DNA of 64,000 nt, taken from NCBI GenBank assembly GCA_051294375.1, contig JBJCIZ010000836.1, positions 1-64,000 on the forward strand. Reading direction: 5' to 3'. The translations under genes and the position numbers were made by a program. Below, piece after piece: positions 13,596 through 26,730 of the stretch. Position 1 is the first letter of the stretch. Every line of letters begins with the position of its first letter. Source of the DNA: Paraspadella gotoi. Its lineage: Eukaryota > Animalia > Chaetognatha. Under the pieces are notes generated by a model. That model did no database searches. It had not been told where the DNA came from and saw nothing but the letters and a program-made list of their open reading frames with translations.

Positions 13596-14173
13596 NNNNN
13601 NNNNNNNNNNNNNNNNNNNNNNNNNNNNNNNNNNNNNNNNNNNNNNNNNNNNNNNNNNNNNNNNNNNNNNNNNNNNNNNNNNNNNNNNNNNNNNNNNNNN
13701 NNNNNNNNNNNNNNNNNNNNNNNNNNNNNNNNNNNNNNNNNNNNNNNNNNNNNNNNNNNNNNNNNNNNNNNNNNNNNNNNNNNNNNNNNNNNNNNNNNNN
13801 NNNNNNNNNNNNNNNNNNNNNNNNNNNNNNNNNNNNNNNNNNNNNNNNNNNNNNNNNNNNNNNNNNNNNNNNNNNNNNNNNNNNNNNNNNNNNNNNNNNN
13901 NNNNNNNNNNNNNNNNNNNNNNNNNNNNNNNNNNNNNNNNNNNNNNNNNNNNNNNNNNNNNNNNNNNNNNNNNNNNNNNNNNNNNNNNNNNNNNNNNNNN
14001 NNNNNNNNNNNNNNNNNNNNNNNNNNNNNNNNNNNNNNNNNNNNNNNNNNNNNNNNNNNNNNNNNNNNNNNNNNNNNNNNNNNNNNNNNNNNNNNNNNNN
14101 NNNNNNNNNNNNNNNNNNNNNNNNNNNNNNNNNNNNNNNNNNNNNNNNNNNNNNNNNNNNNNNNNNNNNNNNN
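13596..14173. other. Assembly gap
   Basis: Run of N. Confidence 1.
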
Positions 14174-14256
14174 AAATCCATGAAAAAAATTTTGAAATTA
14201 TTATTTTTTCACTATGTACGTGAGCAATTGGTGAAACCGAAAGACAAAATCCCCAG

Positions 14257-14516
14257 NNNNNNNNNNNNNNNNNNNNNNNNNNNNNNNNNNNNNNNNNNNN
14301 NNNNNNNNNNNNNNNNNNNNNNNNNNNNNNNNNNNNNNNNNNNNNNNNNNNNNNNNNNNNNNNNNNNNNNNNNNNNNNNNNNNNNNNNNNNNNNNNNNNN
14401 NNNNNNNNNNNNNNNNNNNNNNNNNNNNNNNNNNNNNNNNNNNNNNNNNNNNNNNNNNNNNNNNNNNNNNNNNNNNNNNNNNNNNNNNNNNNNNNNNNNN
14501 NNNNNNNNNNNNNNNN
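14257..14516. other. Assembly gap
   Basis: Run of N. Confidence 1.
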
Positions 14517-15031
14517 CGAAACATGTCTGACTAAATTGTGTCAATTAAATCGTTGTTAAATAAAACTGTTTTTGTCCAAATACACACTTTTACAACTTAT
14601 GACTGATAAAAATTGTAACAATTTCCAATTGTAAGCAATTGTAATATTTTTTTTGCCTTTCTTTTAATTTTCTCTTTTTGTCCAGCGCTGCCTTTTCTAA
14701 TTCGTTTAAAAATTTGAATTTTGAACGTTTTTGAACGTTATATTTTATAGTTTCTTATGAATTAGTCCATAACATTTATTTATGAGTCAATTTAAACGTT
14801 AGTGTCTTTTGTTTCTGTTGAATTTTAATAGTTTAGTTTTTTACACTGATACTGTTTTTGATTTTGTCAATACTGTTTTTGGTATTAATAAAAAAAAAAA
14901 AAATTCTAATTCGTCTAAAAACGAGTTCAGGCTTTGCAGCGGCTGTCCAGCTTCTCTCTTTGTCTCTCTCTGTACGATCTCTTGCGTGATCTGTGGCAAG
15001 GTCTCGGTGATGACACGGCGTGTCAGAGAGC

Positions 15032-15798
15032 NNNNNNNNNNNNNNNNNNNNNNNNNNNNNNNNNNNNNNNNNNNNNNNNNNNNNNNNNNNNNNNNNNNNN
15101 NNNNNNNNNNNNNNNNNNNNNNNNNNNNNNNNNNNNNNNNNNNNNNNNNNNNNNNNNNNNNNNNNNNNNNNNNNNNNNNNNNNNNNNNNNNNNNNNNNNN
15201 NNNNNNNNNNNNNNNNNNNNNNNNNNNNNNNNNNNNNNNNNNNNNNNNNNNNNNNNNNNNNNNNNNNNNNNNNNNNNNNNNNNNNNNNNNNNNNNNNNNN
15301 NNNNNNNNNNNNNNNNNNNNNNNNNNNNNNNNNNNNNNNNNNNNNNNNNNNNNNNNNNNNNNNNNNNNNNNNNNNNNNNNNNNNNNNNNNNNNNNNNNNN
15401 NNNNNNNNNNNNNNNNNNNNNNNNNNNNNNNNNNNNNNNNNNNNNNNNNNNNNNNNNNNNNNNNNNNNNNNNNNNNNNNNNNNNNNNNNNNNNNNNNNNN
15501 NNNNNNNNNNNNNNNNNNNNNNNNNNNNNNNNNNNNNNNNNNNNNNNNNNNNNNNNNNNNNNNNNNNNNNNNNNNNNNNNNNNNNNNNNNNNNNNNNNNN
15601 NNNNNNNNNNNNNNNNNNNNNNNNNNNNNNNNNNNNNNNNNNNNNNNNNNNNNNNNNNNNNNNNNNNNNNNNNNNNNNNNNNNNNNNNNNNNNNNNNNNN
15701 NNNNNNNNNNNNNNNNNNNNNNNNNNNNNNNNNNNNNNNNNNNNNNNNNNNNNNNNNNNNNNNNNNNNNNNNNNNNNNNNNNNNNNNNNNNNNNNNNN
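15032..15798. other. Assembly gap
   Basis: Run of N. Confidence 1.
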
Positions 15799-16716
15799 TT
15801 TATATCAAGCTTCGTCACACATTTTCCTACCCACACACAAAATTTGAACTCAATCTATCCATCCAATTATGATTAATTAGAGTATTTATTGGTTAAAATA
15901 AGTAAAAAGATTTTAGTAAATGCGACTTATGTTTTTTCCACTTAAACTCATATCCACTCAGACGATTCCGTCCAAACTTTATATCCAGCTTCAGCACACA
16001 TGTTCCTACCCATACACAAAATTCATTCCGATCCAACCAGCCAATCACAAGTTATTGGGGCTTTTTGCTAAGGTTGGACGGGTGGACAGATTGATTGACT
16101 GATTAATTAATTAGTGATTATTAATTGACTAATTGATTAATTAACTGATTAATTATTTGATTTATTAATACATCCTGCATATACATTTAATAGAAAAGGA
16201 AAAAAATCATAATCAATTAGTGAAACAGGTTTTTTGTTTTTTTCCATTTAAACTCATTTCCACTCAAACGATTCCATCGAAACTTGGTTTCCTGTTCAAT
16301 CAGACACTTCCCCACTCACATACAAAATTCCAGGTCATCGCCCATCCACTCATGAGCAATTGGTGTAAAAATAGTGAATTATATTTTTTTTGTTTTTTCC
16401 ATTTAAACTCATTTCCACTCGGACGATTCCATCGAAACTTAATATCCAGCTCAATCACACACTTCCCTACCCACACACAAAATTTCATTCAAATCCATCT
16501 ATCCAATCACGAGTAATTGGTGTTTTTTGCTAAGGTGGGACGGACGGAAGATCGGACGGACGGACGGACGGACGGACATCATTTTTTTGGAATAATTTAT
16601 CATAATTCGATGTTCTGACATGATATAAGTTAGTGCCCGACAATATTGAGGGGGCGGACCGACGGACCGAAAAAGTGAATTATAGAGTCGGGATCGGCTG
16701 ATAAGCAGATCCGACT
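15799..16716 (-). mobile_element. HINE-like element, family A (GTCC microsatellite); 3' part lost in the gap
   Basis: 5' end on the minus strand is AGTCGGATCTGCTTATCAGCCGATCCCGAC. A (GGAC)n tract lies at 16540-16578, and the internal subrepeats match 31324-32104. Confidence 0.75.
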
Positions 16717-16977
16717 AACAAACTACATTTGAAACCATGATCGTCGCCATTTTGAAAGTCAGCCAGAAAGTCGAGGCAGCTCAAACATAAAGTAAATTAA
16801 CTATTGATTATTTTTATGCAGGGAGTAAATTTTTATCTTATACTCATGAAAAAAATAATAAGTCTACATTAATCGTGTTCTCATACGTAAAATATTAAAA
16901 AATATATAATTATTATTAATAAATCAATTATCAAATGAATTCATACATAAATTGATAAAATTATTATTGATTTAAAT

Positions 16978-17148
16978 ATTAGAGAATTGACAAAGTTTTT
17001 GTTTGCAACAAATTTTATTTATAGTTGAACAGACATGTTTCGACTTGTCTTCATCAACGCTGATGAATACTTGTAAAACAAGTTGAAACATGTCTGTTCA
17101 ACTATAAATAAAATTCGTTGCAAACAAAAACTTTGTCAATTCTCTAAT
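16978..17148. repeat. ~64-bp-arm palindrome with back-to-back degenerate hammerhead cores (Penelope-like pLTR relic)
   Basis: Arms at 16978-17041 and 17085-17148. Plus strand has CTGATGA..ACTTG/CAAGT..GAAACATGTC; minus strand has TTGATGAAGAC-AA-GTCGAAACATGTC. Confidence 0.65.
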
Positions 17149-18332
17149 TAATAGTAACAACGAAAAAGAAAGGATTACTTCAATATGATTTAAAAATAAA
17201 AAAATCAGTTATAAATTAGTAAATTAAAAAAATTAGTACTGATATATATATATATTAAGGCGGAACAGGTTACAAACTAACAGAAGTCCGGTATAAATAT
17301 TGTTAATGTGTTTATTAAAGATCGTGAAAATAAAAAAAATTTAAGATTTATCTTATAGTTAAACTCATGGTAGCTCTTTTATATTAACCGAATACTATAT
17401 AATATCAAAAATTGTTAAATTTTGGCCCGCCTTAATATATAATATATATATATATTACGGCGTTGAAAAATAACGAAATATAACAAATCAAGTGAGGTAC
17501 ATAGCTATTTTGTTGTAACAAAGTCTGTAGAATTCGATGATGATAACCATATTTTTGTATAGTCTCATCTTCTTTGTCAGAAATGGCGATTTTTGCAGAA
17601 TATAAGGTGCTATTAAAATGTATAAGAAACTCAAATCATTAAGATTTTATAAAAGCCATATTTAACTTACACTAATATGAAAATAAAGACCCATATAAAT
17701 ATTTTGGTAAGTTTATTTACAAATTTTTATTTTATTAATAGTTTGTTAGCTATATTATTAATAAAAAATAATAAAAAAAAAGCTAGTGAAAAAACAAGTT
17801 TGAGCAAACAATGTCGGATCTGCCTACGATAATTAATTAATTAATTAATTAATCGATTAATTAAATAATTAATTATTTTTAATATGAAATAATTAATTTT
17901 AAATTTATATTCTACTTATCATCATCGATGTCCTTAAAATTGGTTTAGGACAGTTATTAAATATGTTTTGTTTACATTTTATCAAAACAAACAAATATCC
18001 TCTATTTTATTTTATGTCTCCTTCTCTCTCTCTCTCTCACTATCTCTCTCTCTCTCTTTTTATGCAATTGCGACGATCCTTATGCTTTTAAGATTTTTTT
18101 AACTTGCATCATTTTTTCACATTAATTAATTAATAATTAATTAATAAACATTTATTAGTAATCATTAATATTTAAAGTTTCAGGTAAATGTGACATAAGT
18201 TTTATCCATCTAAACTCATTTCCACTGGCACAATTCCGTCAAAACTTTATATATTATTATATATTAATAAATATTTAAAAGCTTCAGTGCAACAACCCAA
18301 TGAACTATCTCTCACTAATTGATTGATTGATT

Positions 18333-18680
18333 GATTGACCAAATTATTGCCAATTGACAATAATTTGCAGTTGACCATTTCTGCCAGTTGACCAAATTTG
18401 CCAGTTGACCAATTATGCCAGTTGACAAATTATGCCAGTTGACCAAATTATGCCAGTTGAATAAAAATTTAGCCAGTTGACCAAATTATGCCGGTTACCT
18501 ATTTATGTTAATTGACCAAATTATGTCAGTTGACCAAATTATGTCAGTTGACCAAATTATGTCAGTTGACCCAATTATATCAGTTGACCAAATTATGCCA
18601 GCTGACAAAATTATTCAGTTTGACCAAATTATGCCAGTTGATCAAATAATGCAAGTTGATTAATTATGCAAGTTGAACAA
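18333..18680 (+). repeat. 18-bp minisatellite TGCCAGTTGACCAAATTA
   Basis: About 18 tandem units ending just before a HINE-A 3' end (GCAGATCGACATTGTTTGCTCAAACTTG). Related TTATGCAAGTTGAAAAAA arrays occur at 19620-19700 and 32530-32668. Confidence 0.85.
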
Positions 18681-18834
18681 GTTAGCTTATTACCACTTAA
18701 TTATCGTAGGCAGATCGACATTGTTTGCTCAAACTTGTTTAATGAAAAGACATCAGTTAAAGAAAGTCAGTCTTGTATAAGAAAAAGATTTTAAAAAATT
18801 GATTTGACCAATGATCATTGATAATTATATTTTT

Positions 18835-19600
18835 AGTCGGATCTGCTTATCAGCAGATCCCGACTCTATAATTCACTTTGTCAGTCCGTCGGTCCGCCCC
18901 CTCAATATGTCGGGCACTAACTTATATCATGTCAGAACATCCAATTATGATAAATTATGCAAAAAAATTGATGTCCGTCCGTCCTTGTCCGTCCGTCCGT
19001 CCGTCCGTCCGTCCGTTCCGTTCGTCCGTCCGTCCGTCCGTCCGTCCCACCTTAGCAAAAAACACCAATTACTCGTGATTGCATGGATGGATTGGAATGA
19101 AATTTTGTGTGCGGGTAGGGAAGGTGTGTGATTGAGATGTATATGAAGTTTCGATGGAATCCGTGCGAGTGGAAATTGGTTTAAATGGAAAAAACAAAAA
19201 AATATAATTCACTATTTGTAACACCAATTGCTCATGAGTGGATGGGGCAATTGGCCTGGAATTTTGTATGTGAGTAGAAAAGTATGTGATTGAACAGGAA
19301 TCAAGTTTCGATGGAATCGTGTTTAGTGGAAATGAGTTTAAATGGAAAAAAACAAAAAACCTGTTTCACTAATTGATTATGCTTCTTTTTCCTTTATATT
19401 AAATGTATATGCAGGATGTATTAATAAATCAAATAATTAATCAGTTAATTAATCAATTAGTCAATTAATTAATCAATTAATTTCATAATCAGCTAGATAT
19501 AAGTTTTGACGGAATTGTGCCAGTGGAGAATAAGTTTAAATGGAGAAAAACATAAGTCACATTTACTTGAATCTTTATGATTACTTAATATAATGTTTAA
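18835..19600 (+). mobile_element. HINE-like family A copy
   Basis: TTTTT|AGTCGGATCTGCTTATCAGCAGATCCCGAC, with (GTCC)n at 18973-19047. The right end is approximate. Confidence 0.75.
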
Positions 19601-19922
19601 TTAATAATTAATTAATTAATGTTGGAAAATGTTGCAATTTAAAAAAAATTATGCAAGTTGAAAACAATGATGCAAGTTTGAAAAAAATGATGCAAGTTAA
19701 AAAAATCTTAAAAGCATAAGGATCGTCGCAATTGCATAATTGCGAGAGAGAGGAGAAAGAGAGAGAGAGAGAGAGAAGCAGAGAGAGAGAAAAAGAGAGA
19801 GAGAGGGAAATAAAAAGGAAATTAAAACTTGATGTTGCAATAGCCAAAATTGATAACATGCACGAGAATGCGATGCAATAATTTTACGAGTTCAATCCTA
19901 ATTCAATATTTTTTTTAACAAA

Positions 19923-19967
<45 letters not shown>

Positions 19968-20306
19968 GTTTCGGACGAATCAGCAGGGCAGCAGCAGAGA
20001 CAGCCAGAAAAAAAGAAAGAAATCAAAGGCAGCAGCAGAGCAGCAAGAGAAAAGAGAGAAAGAAAGAGCCCCGCAGAACCTCTGCAGACCTCGTTTTCCC
20101 GATGAATCAGCACTGGGGAAAGGGGAGAGAGATAGCTACAGTAGCATACCGTCAGAATTTCTGAGACGGCAAGCTCTGTAACTCGAGTACAAATGATAAT
20201 TTTAAGAGAGCTTTTGTCTGATATCGAGTAACACATATGGCTACTCCCCCTTCGGTAAGCCATTGCTCTACGACCAATTTTGGACATCAGAACTTATTGT
20301 ATAAAA

Positions 20307-20382
20307 GTGCTTCAGCCAGATTTGAACCTGAAACCTCTTTCGTTAGGTTGAAATCCGGCGCGCTAAGCACTCAGCCAAATGA
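20307..20382 (-). pseudogene. tRNA-like sequence inside the MITE
   Basis: Minus strand reads TTGGCTGAGTGCTTAGCGCGCCGGATTTCAACC...CAGGTTCAAATCTGG (A and B boxes). Confidence 0.5.
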
Positions 20383-21617
20383 TTTTCCTAAAAAATTGTA
20401 CAAATTAATTTATATAAAGCTGTAGGTTCGCTTTTAATTTTTTTTGGGAAACAAAAAATTCAACGTTCGAAGGAGAGATTTTGACATCCGAGTCCCAAGT
20501 TCTCCGATTCGTGACGGAACGTCGCAACGACGACGATTATTACGAAGATAGCGACTTCTGGTTATTTTTAATGTTTGAAATTGAGGTAAAGTCAGAGGCA
20601 GTTGCCTCGTTAAGCCGCGACGGTCGAATGTTTCACGTGCTTTTAAGGTGTTTTATTAAGTGTTTTTAACCAGTTGCTTATGTGAAACAACTGAAACTGT
20701 TTTTATACCTCGTCACCTTTGTATCAATATTAATAAATAGGCTAATGATTGAGAGAATGAAAAGAATGAATATCGTTTTGAAAAAATAATAATTTAAGTT
20801 TTCAATTTGCATAAAAACAAGTTTGAAAGCAATAACAAATCTGGATCTCGCACTACAATAATTAAGCGGTAATAAGCTAATACGATGATAATTATTGATA
20901 ATGTTTTCTGATTTTCAATTTGTGATCTTAACAGATCATAACATGTTGTAACATAAACAAGTTTGAGCAAACAATGTCGGATCTGCCCACAATCATTATT
21001 GGTAATCAATTAATAATTAATTCAAGTTAATTAATTATTTTGTTTTGATTGATTGACTGATTAATTAATTATTGATTAATTAGTTGACTTAAAAAAGAAA
21101 AAAAGCATAATCAATTAGTGAAACACGTTTTTTTTGTTTGTATTTTAAACTCATTTCCACTCACAACAATTCCATCGAAACTTGATTTCCAGCTTAATCA
21201 CACACTTTTCTACCCACATACAAAATTTCAAGTCAATCGCCCATCCACTCATGAGTAATTGGTGTTCAAATAGTAAATTTTTTTTTTCCATTCAAACTCA
21301 TTTCCACTTGGACGATTCCATCAAAACTTCATATCCAGTTTAATTACAACTCCCTACCACACACAAAATTTCATTCCATCCATTCATCCAATCACGAGTA
21401 ATTAGTGTTTTTTGCTAAGGTGGGACGGACAGATGGACATCATTTTTTTGCATAATTTATTATAATTCGATGTTCTGACATGATATAAGTGAATGCCCGA
21501 CAAGACTGAGGGACTGACAAAGTGAATTATAGAGTCAGAATCTGCCGAAAGCAGATCTGACTAAAAAGAAAGAAAAAACAAAAATTTATATTTAGGATTT
21601 TGAATTTTTTTTTAATA

Positions 21618-21690
21618 ACGAGATGGCCGAGTGGTTAAAAACTATGACTTCGACGCAGAATGGAATGGTAGGATTCGAATCCCACTCAAG
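21618..21690 (+). pseudogene. tRNA-Ser-like sequence inside the MITE
   Basis: ACGAGATGGCCGAGTGGTTAA resembles the 5' end of eukaryotic tRNA-Ser(GCT), and the B box is GGATTCGAATCCC. There is no intact cloverleaf. Confidence 0.6.
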
Positions 21691-22129
21691 GTAAACTTTT
21701 ACAATAAACTGCTATGTCCCAAAAGTGGTCGTAGAGCAATGGCTTACCGAAGGGGAGTAGCCATATGAGTCCTCGATAACAAGACAAAAAACTCGCTTTC
21801 AAATTATCATTTCTACTCGAGTTACAGAGCTTGCCGTCTCAGAAATTCTAGACGGATGCTACTGTACATATAATTAAAAGAGAAAAATCAGTTAATTAAT
21901 AAATAATTAATCAGTCAATTTATCAATCAATTAATTATTCAATCAATCAATTTATTTATCTATTAATTAATTATTTAATCAATCAATTCATTTATCTATT
22001 GTTTGATTATTCAATCAATCAATCAAGTCAATCATTATCGGCATTATTCTCTTCGTCGTCATTGCTTTTGTTATGGTTAGTGACGAAAATACCTAAAACA
22101 AACATTTCAAATCAAAAAATTAACTAATT

Positions 22130-22800
22130 GCCTAATTAATTTGCTCATGAGTGGATGTGGCAATTGACCTAGAATTTTGTATTGGGTAGGATGTGTGATT
22201 GAACAGGAAAACAAGTTTCGATGGAATCGTTTGAGTGGAAATGAGTTTAAATGGAAAAAAACAAAAATTGATTATGCTTCTTTTTCCTTTTATATTAAAT
22301 GTATATGCAGGATGTACTAATAATAAATCAAATAATAATCAGTTAATTAATAAATTAGTCAATTAATCAATAATTAATTAATCAGTCAATTAATCCGTCA
22401 TCCGTCCCACCTTAGTAAAAAGCTCCAATAACTCGTGATTGGCTGGTTGAATTGGAATGAAATTTTGTGTGTGGGTGGAAAATGTGTGACGAAGCTTGAT
22501 ATAAAGTTTCGGGGAAACGTACGAGTGGAAATGAGTTTAAATGAAAAAAATATGAGTCACATTTACTTGAATCTTTTTATTTATTTTTAACCCATGATAG
22601 ATTGAGATGAAATTTTGTGGCAGAAGCCAGATATAAAGTTTTGACGGAATTGTGCAAGTGGAAATGAGTTTAAATGGATATAATGATTACTAATAAATGT
22701 TTTAATTAATTAATTAATTTAATGTGAAAAAATGATGCAATTTAAAAAAATTATGCTAGTTAAAAAATCTTAAAAGCAAATCATCGCAATTGCATAAAAA

Positions 22801-22831
<31 letters not shown>

Positions 22832-23157
22832 CATAAAATAAAATATAATTAATTAATTAATTCATTTAAAATTAATTAATTAATAAATTATAATAATTAT
22901 TTATTAATAATTAATAATTAATTAATTAATTAATAAATTATTAATAATTATTAATAATTAATAATTAATTAATAATTAATTAATTAAAAATTAATTAATT
23001 AATAAATTAATAATAATTATTTATTAATAATTATTTATTAATAATTAATTAATAATTAATTAATAATTAATTAATAATTAATTAATTAATAACTAATTAA
23101 TTAATAATTAATTAATTAATTATCGTAGGCAGATACGACATTGTTTGCTCAAACTTG
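22130..23157 (+). mobile_element. HINE-A 3' portion with an expanded (TAAT/AATT)n tract
   Basis: Family A internal subrepeats, pure A/T low complexity at 22845-23122, and a 3' end GCAGATACGACATTGTTTGCTCAAACTTG. Confidence 0.65.
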
Positions 23158-24683
23158 TTGCTAAATAAATGAAAATTTAAAAAAATGAAAAACATCAGAT
23201 TTGGCCCAAAATAATTATCTCCAATTTGATGTTTTTAGAAATATAAAATGTTTGCTCGTTTTCTTTATTCTTAATTATGAACAAAAAATTCTGATTTTTT
23301 TCAACTAAAAAATTCAATTATTTTAATAAATAAAAATGCCCTGTCTTCAAAGTTGTACATATTTTTGTTTCAAATTAATCATGGATTATCATAAAAATAT
23401 AGATTTATGGCTACTACCCTCCAAATTCATGGATCTTCTTGTAGAAAAGACATCAGGGCAAAAAAGTCAGGCTTATATGAAAAAATGATAAAAAAAATTG
23501 ATTTGACCAAGGCTCATTCATAATTATGTTTTTGCATAAAAAATAAAAATATAAAAAAATAAAAAACATCAGATTTTACGCAAATTGATTACCTCCAATC
23601 TGATGTTTTTAGAAATGAAATATGTTTACTCGTTTTCTTTAATTATAATTATGAACGCAAAAAATATTATTTACGAAAAACTGGAAAATTCAATTTTTTT
23701 ATTAAAGAAAAATGTCCTATCATCAAAGTTGTGCATATTTTTTATTCAAATTTATCATGAATGATCACAACAACATAGATTTACCGCTACTACCCTCCAT
23801 TTTTGTTTTTTTTGTCATAACAAAGATATCAGTGCAAAAAAGTAAAATATTTGATAAAAAGTAGAAACCTGTTTGTCAGTCTAAATTTCTGATTTATTAA
23901 TTGATTATGAACAAGCCCTGATTCAAAATTGACGCAAAAAATATGTAAAGGCTTGGTCTGCTCTAACAGAATATGTATTAAAAATGCGTTTTTTAAACCA
24001 TTTTGTGACAGTACCATATTTTCAAAAAAATACAGTAAAAAATTTTGTCACACCTTTTTCATATTTTTTTTTCAACGATTGGACCTTGTTAATCTTCTCA
24101 CAGGGAAATAACGGTCCTTCACATTGTATCTGAACCTTCTGAGTACCAAATGGCTGCATAATTGATAATATTGGGTAAAGGAGTTATCTCTGAGATCAAT
24201 AAATTTGTGCAAAAGTAGGCTGAAGCTCCCTTTTAGCTTTTATCTTGCATTGCGACTTAATACAGCTTTTTAAGATTTTTTGGTTTTATTAATGAAAATT
24301 TTAAAAACTATAAAATTCAGCCAATGATAATGATAATTATAACTTTTAAAGGTTTTTCTATTTTTAACCAATTTATTGTCAAAATTTAAAAAAAAAATGT
24401 AGTACTAACTTTCATTTAACTTTTCAAGCTCTAAAGGAATTCGTTCTTAAAAAATTAAAATTTTAAAATTTGTTTTCCCATTTTTTTTATATATTAATAA
24501 ATATTTATAAGCTTCAGTGCAACAACCCAAAGAACTAATTTAAAAGTTGCATTGAAAATTGATTTAGTAATAGAAGGGAAAACATTTTTGGAGAGATTTA
24601 GAAGTTATAAAAAGTGTTCAATTTTGGCCCGCGTTAATATATATACTTATATATTACAAGCAACATTAAACATTATTTAGATT

Positions 24684-24862
24684 CGGAGCTGCAGCGGGAG
24701 CTTGAGCTGGAGCTGTCTCAAAATTTTTATGGGATCTGGAGCTGGAGCTGGACAAAAATACTGTATAGGTTGGAGCCGGAGTTGGAGCTGGAGCTGAAAT
24801 TTTTTTGTCGGAGTTGGAGTGGAGCTGGAGCTGGAATAAAAATGGACAGCTCCACAACCCTG
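24684..24862. mobile_element. One end of a GGAGCT-repeat MITE (hAT-like terminus)
   Basis: Clustered GGAGCT/GGAGCC/GGAGTT hexamers ending in CTCCACAACCCTG (CAGGGTTGTGGAG on the minus strand). The other end was not found. Confidence 0.5.
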
Positions 24863-25351
24863 GGTCTGTAGAATAAAAGTTCAAATATTTGGTGCGACTT
24901 TCTTCAAAACATCAGAGGAACTCGTGTTAAACCCTTCGAATGGGCGAAGCTAAAATCTCCATTAATGTGAAGACAAAACGTGTTCACAATTTTTAAAGGG
25001 TTATTACTTACTTACGTCGATAGTACAGAAAAATTTAGTACTCTCTAATGCTTAATATTACGATCATATGTTTTCTTATTATACAATACGAAGAAAAAAA
25101 GATTTTAATTTTATTTCTGTAAGGGGAAATAAGAGAGAAAGAGCATGGATAAGAGGAAGAGTGATTAGTCGGAATGCACAGCGAGAATCGGTGAGAAGGA
25201 GGGAAAGAGAGATAGACCATAAAGAAGGAGATGGAGAGAATCGCTGAAGGGAAAAACGACGAAGACAGAGTCAAATGAGACGAAAGAAGAGGATGAAAAA
25301 CATGAAAAGAAAATCGTGGGTTTCAACCAAAAGAAAATGTTTTGACGGAGC

Positions 25352-25397
<46 letters not shown>

Positions 25398-26006
25398 AAG
25401 AGAGGGAGAGAGAGAGAGCAATAAAAAGAGAGAGAGAGAGAGAAAAATTGTTTTTTCCACGGAAATCTAGTAGGATTACGGAAGAAGGCGGAAAGGAGTA
25501 AAAAGCAGATGAGAGAAGCAGAGGATTGAGTGTGATTATTAGAAAATTCTTAACTCGGTGAAGTAGAACCAGTGGACGCAGATAGTTTGTCTACCGAGAG
25601 AGACTGAGATATCTCTCTCTAGCTCTCTCCTCCTCTTCTCCCCCGGTCAACCTCAGTCAGACTTTGGATCGCCAATTTAGTTTGATAGATTCTGCTCGCT
25701 TGGACTAATTTCCCTCGGATTATCAACCATTTTCTTACGGCTTTTACGCTGGCTTTTGCATCGACTTGTACTACATTTATTGAATGATTTATGACGGATT
25801 TCTTTTGGATTATATTTTGATTTCTCTACGATTTCTTTTTCATTTTTCGTCGAGATTTATTGACAGTATATATATTTATTGTCGGTTGCGGTATTTAGCC
25901 GAGCCTCTCCTGGACTAATGATTAGTACTACGTAGTTCAAATCTTATGGAGCCCACTTTTTCGCTCGTTAAGCAACGAAAGTTGATCCCCCGGAACGCGG
26001 CTTTTT

Positions 26007-26730
26007 ATCGAGCCATGACCGGCGAAGCCGGTTCAGGCTCTATAATGATTTAGGATTGCTTCTTTGTGACGTAGTCGTCGTCGTCGTCGTCGTCGTCGTC
26101 CGTCACGCTGTTTTTATATAAAAACTACTACGCTTTTATAGGTTTGGCTGTGACTTACCGTTTTTTTTTAAATAAAAATTATTATGAATTATTATAAAGT
26201 TTTACAAAAGTGTGCGATCATAGTAAGTTAAAAATTTAGATATGGCTTCACATCTTGAAATAGCTTTGATATTTTCTTATTACATTTGGATTTAAGTATT
26301 TTTTGTTTGAATTTCAACTTCATTATGATTTACTGCAATATGCAAATGAGATTATAGTACTCATTATAATATACAAATTAGTATATAGAAATGCTTTAAT
26401 CTAATTTACATATTGCAGTATATAATATTGAAGATGAAATTCAAAATTTTTTTAAAAATCTATAATAAAAATGGGAACTCCAAATAACTTTTTAATGAGA
26501 AGCTATATCTTAATTTTAATACAAATAAAAATAAAATCTTTTACAAGCTGCGATTGGAAAAAATTGAAAAAATTTCCAATTGTAAACCATTGTAACATTT
26601 TTTACCTTTCATTTATTTATTTTTTAATTATATATATTTTTTTTTCAGGCGCTGCCTTTTCTGAATTGTTTAAAAACGAGATCAATCTCTCTCTCTCTTT
26701 GTGAAAAAAAAATATATTTGATCAGGCGCT
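26007..26730 (+). mobile_element. HINE-like family B, truncated where it abuts the 3' end of the orphan gene
   Basis: TTTTT|ATCGAGCCATGACCGGCGAAGCCGGTTCAGGCTC and (GTC)n at 26074-26100. The sequence switches abruptly to GC-rich at ~26730. Confidence 0.7.

Larger units (their letters stand above)
20139..21864. mobile_element. Second copy of the TA-CAGTAG MITE (opposite orientation), with the same nested HINE-A
   Basis: TA|CAGTAGCAT ... ATGCTACTG|TA. The interior is the reverse complement of 671-2223, and a HINE-A sits at 20958-21562 in the equivalent position. Confidence 0.8.

Noticed and set aside
13555-15876. Long ORFs of 100-355 aa
   Set aside because: They are artefacts of translating N gaps.
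18333-18680. Regular short repeats as a CRISPR array (also 41324-41461)
   Set aside because: There are no unique spacers and no cas genes, and the context is eukaryotic.
21618-21690. Functional tRNA gene
   Set aside because: The acceptor and anticodon stems do not pair, and it is embedded in a multi-copy MITE.
264-26704. Many 60-130 aa ORFs in AT-rich and microsatellite DNA
   Set aside because: They are Phe/Leu/Ser/Lys low-complexity translations of repeats with no domains or splice support.
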